A stretch of 63,128 bases of DNA, the filler included, from Folioceros fuciformis (taxonomy: Eukaryota), in the NCBI GenBank assembly GCA_049999805.1. It is 4 parts of 4 records of this genome, joined end to end, with 100 filler letters (N's around TTAATTAATTAA, not from the genome) between each part and the next. Parts side by side here need not be neighbours in the genome. Positions count along the whole stretch, not along the records: positions 55,500 to 61,319 come from JBNGIO010006044.1; positions 61,420 to 63,128 come from JBNGIO010006049.1; 2 more parts are not named here. The stretch is one strand, 5' to 3'. Position numbers and translations under genes: made by a program. Position 1 is the first letter of the stretch; every line of letters begins with the position of its first letter. Positions 58,707-63,128 of the stretch are shown piece after piece. The notes below the pieces were generated by a model, which made no database searches, was not told the origin of the DNA, and saw nothing but the letters and a program-made list of their open reading frames with translations.

Positions 58707-60465
58707 TTAACTCACACCGTACTTCTCCGATTCGCCTGCTAACAGAAGGTACAGTGCAGCTTTTGTTTTCCGATTTTCTATGGCCTGCATCAAAACTTTC
58801 AACGGACGCAACGCACACCCACGCTCTTCCATCCATTTACACGCCTCCAGATTGTGAAACGCCCTTGCTGCCATGTAAGGGGTAACACCCTCTGCGTCTG
58901 TCAAATCATTCCCACAGCACTAGGCCATCACCGTACTGTCACCGTCTTGCGATCGGGGGTCGTCCAAATGTGAAGTGCATCAGACAAATCCCATCGGGTA
59001 GTGAGAAGCATTAGGCAATGTCACCATCGAGTCGTAGAAAGCACGTAGGCACTTGTCACAATGACGCTCAACAAGAAGAAACGATGCATCACAGATGTGC
59101 TCACCTTCCTCGTCGAGTGATGCGCCGTGTCGGCTCATGTAATCAAGAAGGGTAGAGTCGCCCGCTTTCGCTGCCTCCACCACGCAAAGTCTCCCGTGGC
59201 TGTCTTTCATGTTCAGCGATTCCACGAAGTTGATGGCTTCCTTTGCTACCTCCGGATCTTGGACGCCGCAGCACGCATCGAGGAGTGAGTCCCAGATGTC
59301 CACCCCCGTACTCAGCTGTGGCCACGCGTACTCAGCTAGATTCGGCATGTATAGCCTCATTCCTTCATACAAGCCATCCAGCTCGAAGAATCTCGGCCGA
59401 TGATACTCTTTCACAGCGACATTCCAAAGTGGATCCCTGCCCTCCGGTCCCAACTCCGATCTCGTTTCCGAATCCCTTTCATACACCTTCACAGTACCGT
59501 CAAACTCCCCAAACCTCGCAGGATCCCACGCATAGATCCCGACCACAGTTTCCGCAGCGCCGGCTTCCACCATCCCCCTGCACTTCCTATCGATGTCTGT
59601 AGGATCATCCACCAGCGTCATTTCCTCCAACGCCAGCAGCATCGGCGCATCATAGTACACCAGAACCTCGCTTCCCGCTCCCTGCGGTTTACTGTATACA
59701 GTCGAAGTCGCCTCGCCATGCATGACAGCAATGTCCGCGCAGAACTGCTTCTTCCGCTCCCGGAATGCGTACAGCGTCCGTCGGCTGGGCCGTGTCCATG
59801 TCTGCCCCAGCCCGAACCGCGCCTGTGCGGCGGCCAGCTGCCAGATGACGAAGCTTGAAACGCTGTAAGGGCTAGGCTCCTCCGGAATGCGCTCCCGGAC
59901 CACCAGCCGCTTGTTCTCCAAGATCGGCACGAAGCACAGGTGNNNNNNNNNNNNNNNNNNNNNNNNNNNNNNNNNNNNNNNNNNNNNNNNNNNNNNNNNN
60001 NNNNNNNNNNNNNNNNNNNNNNNNNNNNNNNNNNNNNNNNNNGCTTAAATCCCGTTCCCGGATCTTGAACACGAATCTCAGCGTCTTCGATTTGATGAAA
60101 TGGCGCGGGGCAGCGGTTGTGCCGTACGCGCGGGTGCTATTCCTTTTCCCCCTCACGGGTGGCCTGTGCTGGACGGCGAAGCTCCGTTCCTGGATCAGAT
60201 CTGGCGGCTGCTGGCGCTCGCCGAGTCCATCTTTGATCCTCACCGGTGCCTGCGACTGCTGGCCCTCGCCGCTCCGTTGCTGGATCAGGACCGATACCTG
60301 CGGCTGCTGGCCATCGACACTCCCGTCCTGGATCCGCGGCAGTTCCTGCAGCTGCTGCCCTTCGCCGCTATCTTCCTGGATGCGGACGTACGGCTCCTGC
60401 TGGTGCTGGTCCTCCTGCCTGAAGAATGGCTGGAGGGGAAGACATTGGCCGCAAACATTGCCCAT
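58707..60465 (-). pseudogene. Unknown protein with Q-rich N-terminal repeats and degenerate ankyrin-like C-terminus; spans a gap
   Basis: CVVEAAKAGDSTLLDYMSRHGASLD and DAEGVTPYMAARAFHNLEACKWMEERG are ankyrin-like; in-frame stops or an intron at ~58905-58982. Confidence 0.5.
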
Positions 60466-61723
60466 GGCGTCAAGCGCTTTGGAACATGAAATTTCCTCGG
60501 CCTCGGTATTACAAAGGTCCGGCAGAACGAGACAAGTCTCCTGGAATCGGAGGAGTCTCGATAGAGTTGCAGGCTAATGCTTGCCTTTGTGGTAGGATTG
60601 GAAAGGAAACAAACATTCTGAACATTGGGAGAGCTGCCAAGACTTTTCAAAAAGACTTGCCGGATGTGTCTTCAGCTTCCGGGGAAGTCGAGTGGCCTCA
60701 GGCGTGCGTGTATATCTTGCATGATATTTCGTAGATGATTAGAAGATGCGAGCGGATTTCCTCCTGCCTCCACTAGGATTCTCACACCAGGATGTGGAAT
60801 GTCAAAGCATCCATCGCTGGAACGGCTATTTAACGTATGTCATGGCTTCTGCTCGTCCCCTCGGCGTATCTCCCCTTGGAGACGCGAGAGGGAAGGGTCT
60901 GGATACCAAGAGTCACGCCCTTGGAGACTGACTATAAAACATGTTGCAACCAACAAGGAATCCTTTCCACTTCCTCGGCCACAAGAGCGCGCACCGGGAT
61001 AATCCTGTAGAAAATTAATCCCCATGTATCGGAGGCCACGGCTTGGTAGATATGCTCTCCCGTGGGAATGCAGCCTCGGTGAAGTAAAGATTCGACACGC
61101 TTGATGTCTGTGGGCAGGCAAAGTGGCAGCGATTTCCATCGCTGGATGGAAATCGCTGCCACTTCATCGCTACTTCATCAGACTGGTGAAATCTTTATTT
61201 AATGCAGAAAGGAATGTGTGCGACGTTGCAGCACCACTCAAAGTACCTACCCACGCATTCCTGGGAAACATTGGAGTTCCCCCCTCAAAGCAACGTACCG
61301 AGGCTCCTCCCTCTCGAAANNNNNNNNNNNNNNNNNNNNNNNNNNNNNNNNNNNNNNNNNNNNTTAATTAATTAANNNNNNNNNNNNNNNNNNNNNNNNN
61401 NNNNNNNNNNNNNNNNNNNTCCTCTTTGGGCAATGATCACAACCTACCCATAGTAGGTGTGGGTTCTGTTGTCTTCATGTGTGATTTAGGGCAGGTTCTT
61501 CATCTTCATCAAGCTCTCCATGTTCCTTCAATGTGCAAGAATTTAGTTTTAGTCACAAGCCTTTGTCAAGAACATTCTCTACATGTGATCCTTTTTGTAG
61601 ATTAGATGTCTCATCTTTTAGATAAGTGATAGAGACTATATGATCTCCACATGCACTTTAGATGACGGTCTTTATAGATTATCAATTTAAGTGGGAGCAA
61701 CCCATTTCGCTAGTATTGCCGGA

Positions 61724-61942
61724 CTGTGTGGGCATGCTGAGAAATCAGCTCTGGTATTTGGTCTGTTGAACACTCCGAGTGGGACACGTATGGTGGTGAC
61801 GAAGAATCTACGCTTGTGCAGTGACTGCCATAGTTCTACGGAGATCATGTCAAGACTTGAACAGAGAGACGTTGCTGTAAGGGGTGGCTACCGTTTGCAT
61901 CGCTTCGCAGCTGGTTGCTGCAGTTGTGAGGGTCGACCGTGA
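61724..61942 (+). pseudogene. Isolated GRP-type DYW catalytic-end fragment
   Basis: LCGHAEKSALVFGLLNTPSGT..KNLRLCSDCHSSTEIMS...CSCEGRP*; no upstream PPR sequence in this contig. Confidence 0.85.
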
Positions 61943-62269
61943 GAATAATGAAGGCTTGCCTAGCTATGGTGTCGCTGCGTGGGCTAGAAAATAGGCACTG
62001 CTTTCAGGGTTCTTGTTGTTGCCATTGCTGAGAAGCAGAAGCGTGAACACAACGTCGCTGGCAAACACGGCTGCTTCTCGTCACGAAACAAAGCAATGTA
62101 TGTGGTCACATTTGTGAAAGAAGTTTTTTGGTCCATGTGACCTGAGGCCAGGGACAAGCAACGCATCAGATTCTGTTTCTGACCAAAACCGTGGACATAA
62201 GTAGCTGTTTGTCCATTTTCTGGCCCCCACATCATGGCGAAATCCGTCTACTTGTGTTGTGGTCACAGA

Positions 62270-62565
62270 CACGATGTCAGGAGCAGCAGTGGCAACAAAT
62301 TTTCCCTGGACCCCGCAACCGGTGGGACAATCGAGGAGATAACATGAGCTCCTGCTCGCCTGTCTTCCGGCAAAGGCGCTATGGGTAATAGAAGAACATG
62401 TTGAAGTGAGCAGCATCTTTCCTTCCATGTGCAGATGGGTCATGGTGGGGAAGCCTGAACAGCCTGGCCCTGGAGTATCTGGCACAGACAGTCTCAGCCA
62501 TTTCTGGGTATGTGTTTTGCAGTGAATGTGGTGAAACTGTGTACAGTTGTGAGGGTCGACCGTGA
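62270..62565 (+). pseudogene. PDF motif joined to a CEGRP* tail (PPR array absent)
   Basis: QEQQWQQIF..RWDNRGDNMSSCSPVFR, linker patch QMGHG, then agttgtgagggtcgaccgtga. Confidence 0.75.
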
Positions 62566-63128
62566 ATGAGTATGCCAATTTCTCACGTGTGTTGGTTTCT
62601 CACGTCATCGCGCAAGACGCTGGAGCCCAATTTACTGTCAACCAGGATCTCACTCGCCTATCACTCGGATCTGTCAGGCAATTAACGTCGTTCTCCCCGG
62701 TCTCTCTCATTGGGCGCTCAAACACAGACCCCGACATTGAGGACTTGCCCATACCCCTGCCACCTTGGTCACCAGCTGTCTCTGCCCGTGCCCATGACTT
62801 TTTGCCCTGCGCCGTCCAGATGGCCTCTCTTTTCAGTCTGGTGTTCATGTAACCCAGGCCTGAACGTCTCTCCCTTCCCACGACAATCAGTTCCATTTTT
62901 GTCTCTCTTGGCCATCCATTCTAACCAAAAGGCGGCACTGCTTTAAGGATACAAGATTTGATTGGGTACGTAGCGTAGTCACCAAGAGAAGCAGTTGGAC
63001 TCATTCTCAAAAAAGTTGTGAATCACCCTAGACCCTGAACAGGTCGCAGCTACATCACTCACGAGTGTGGAAAGAGAACAGTAACCGAACCGACTCAGTT
63101 TATGTACAAGTTATGCTGTCCTCCATTG

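Overview
Gene-dense nuclear DNA of an early-diverging land plant. A hornwort is the best inference, from short introns, intronless PLS-class PPR genes with LL motifs and GRP-ending DYW:KP domains; a fern or lycophyte is not excluded. Contigs are joined by artificial N44-TTAATTAATTAA-N44 linkers. Contents: two histone H3 genes, a SOUL haem-binding protein, mitoribosomal mS33, a TTM1/2-like uridine kinase-CYTH gene, tRNA-Ser(UGA), a class I TCP factor, a dirigent protein, six large PLS-PPR RNA-editing-factor genes (2 PG/E+, 2 GRP-type DYW:KP, 2 WW/E+) with several remnants, a tandem pair of divergent TBP-like pseudogenes, MBD9-like remnants, LTR retroelements and satellites. Two observations stand out. 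(1) Both H3 genes carry, 25-30 nt after the stop, a conserved 6-bp-stem/4-nt-loop hairpin with AAA and ACC flanks. This closely resembles the SLBP-bound replication-dependent histone 3' stem-loop, which land plants are generally thought to lack. (2) The candidate U-to-C editing PPR-DYW:KP(GRP) proteins carry an N-terminal OSB-type PDF single-stranded-DNA-binding motif, and decayed copies of that module recur across the cluster. All family assignments are by eye from motifs; no searches were run.
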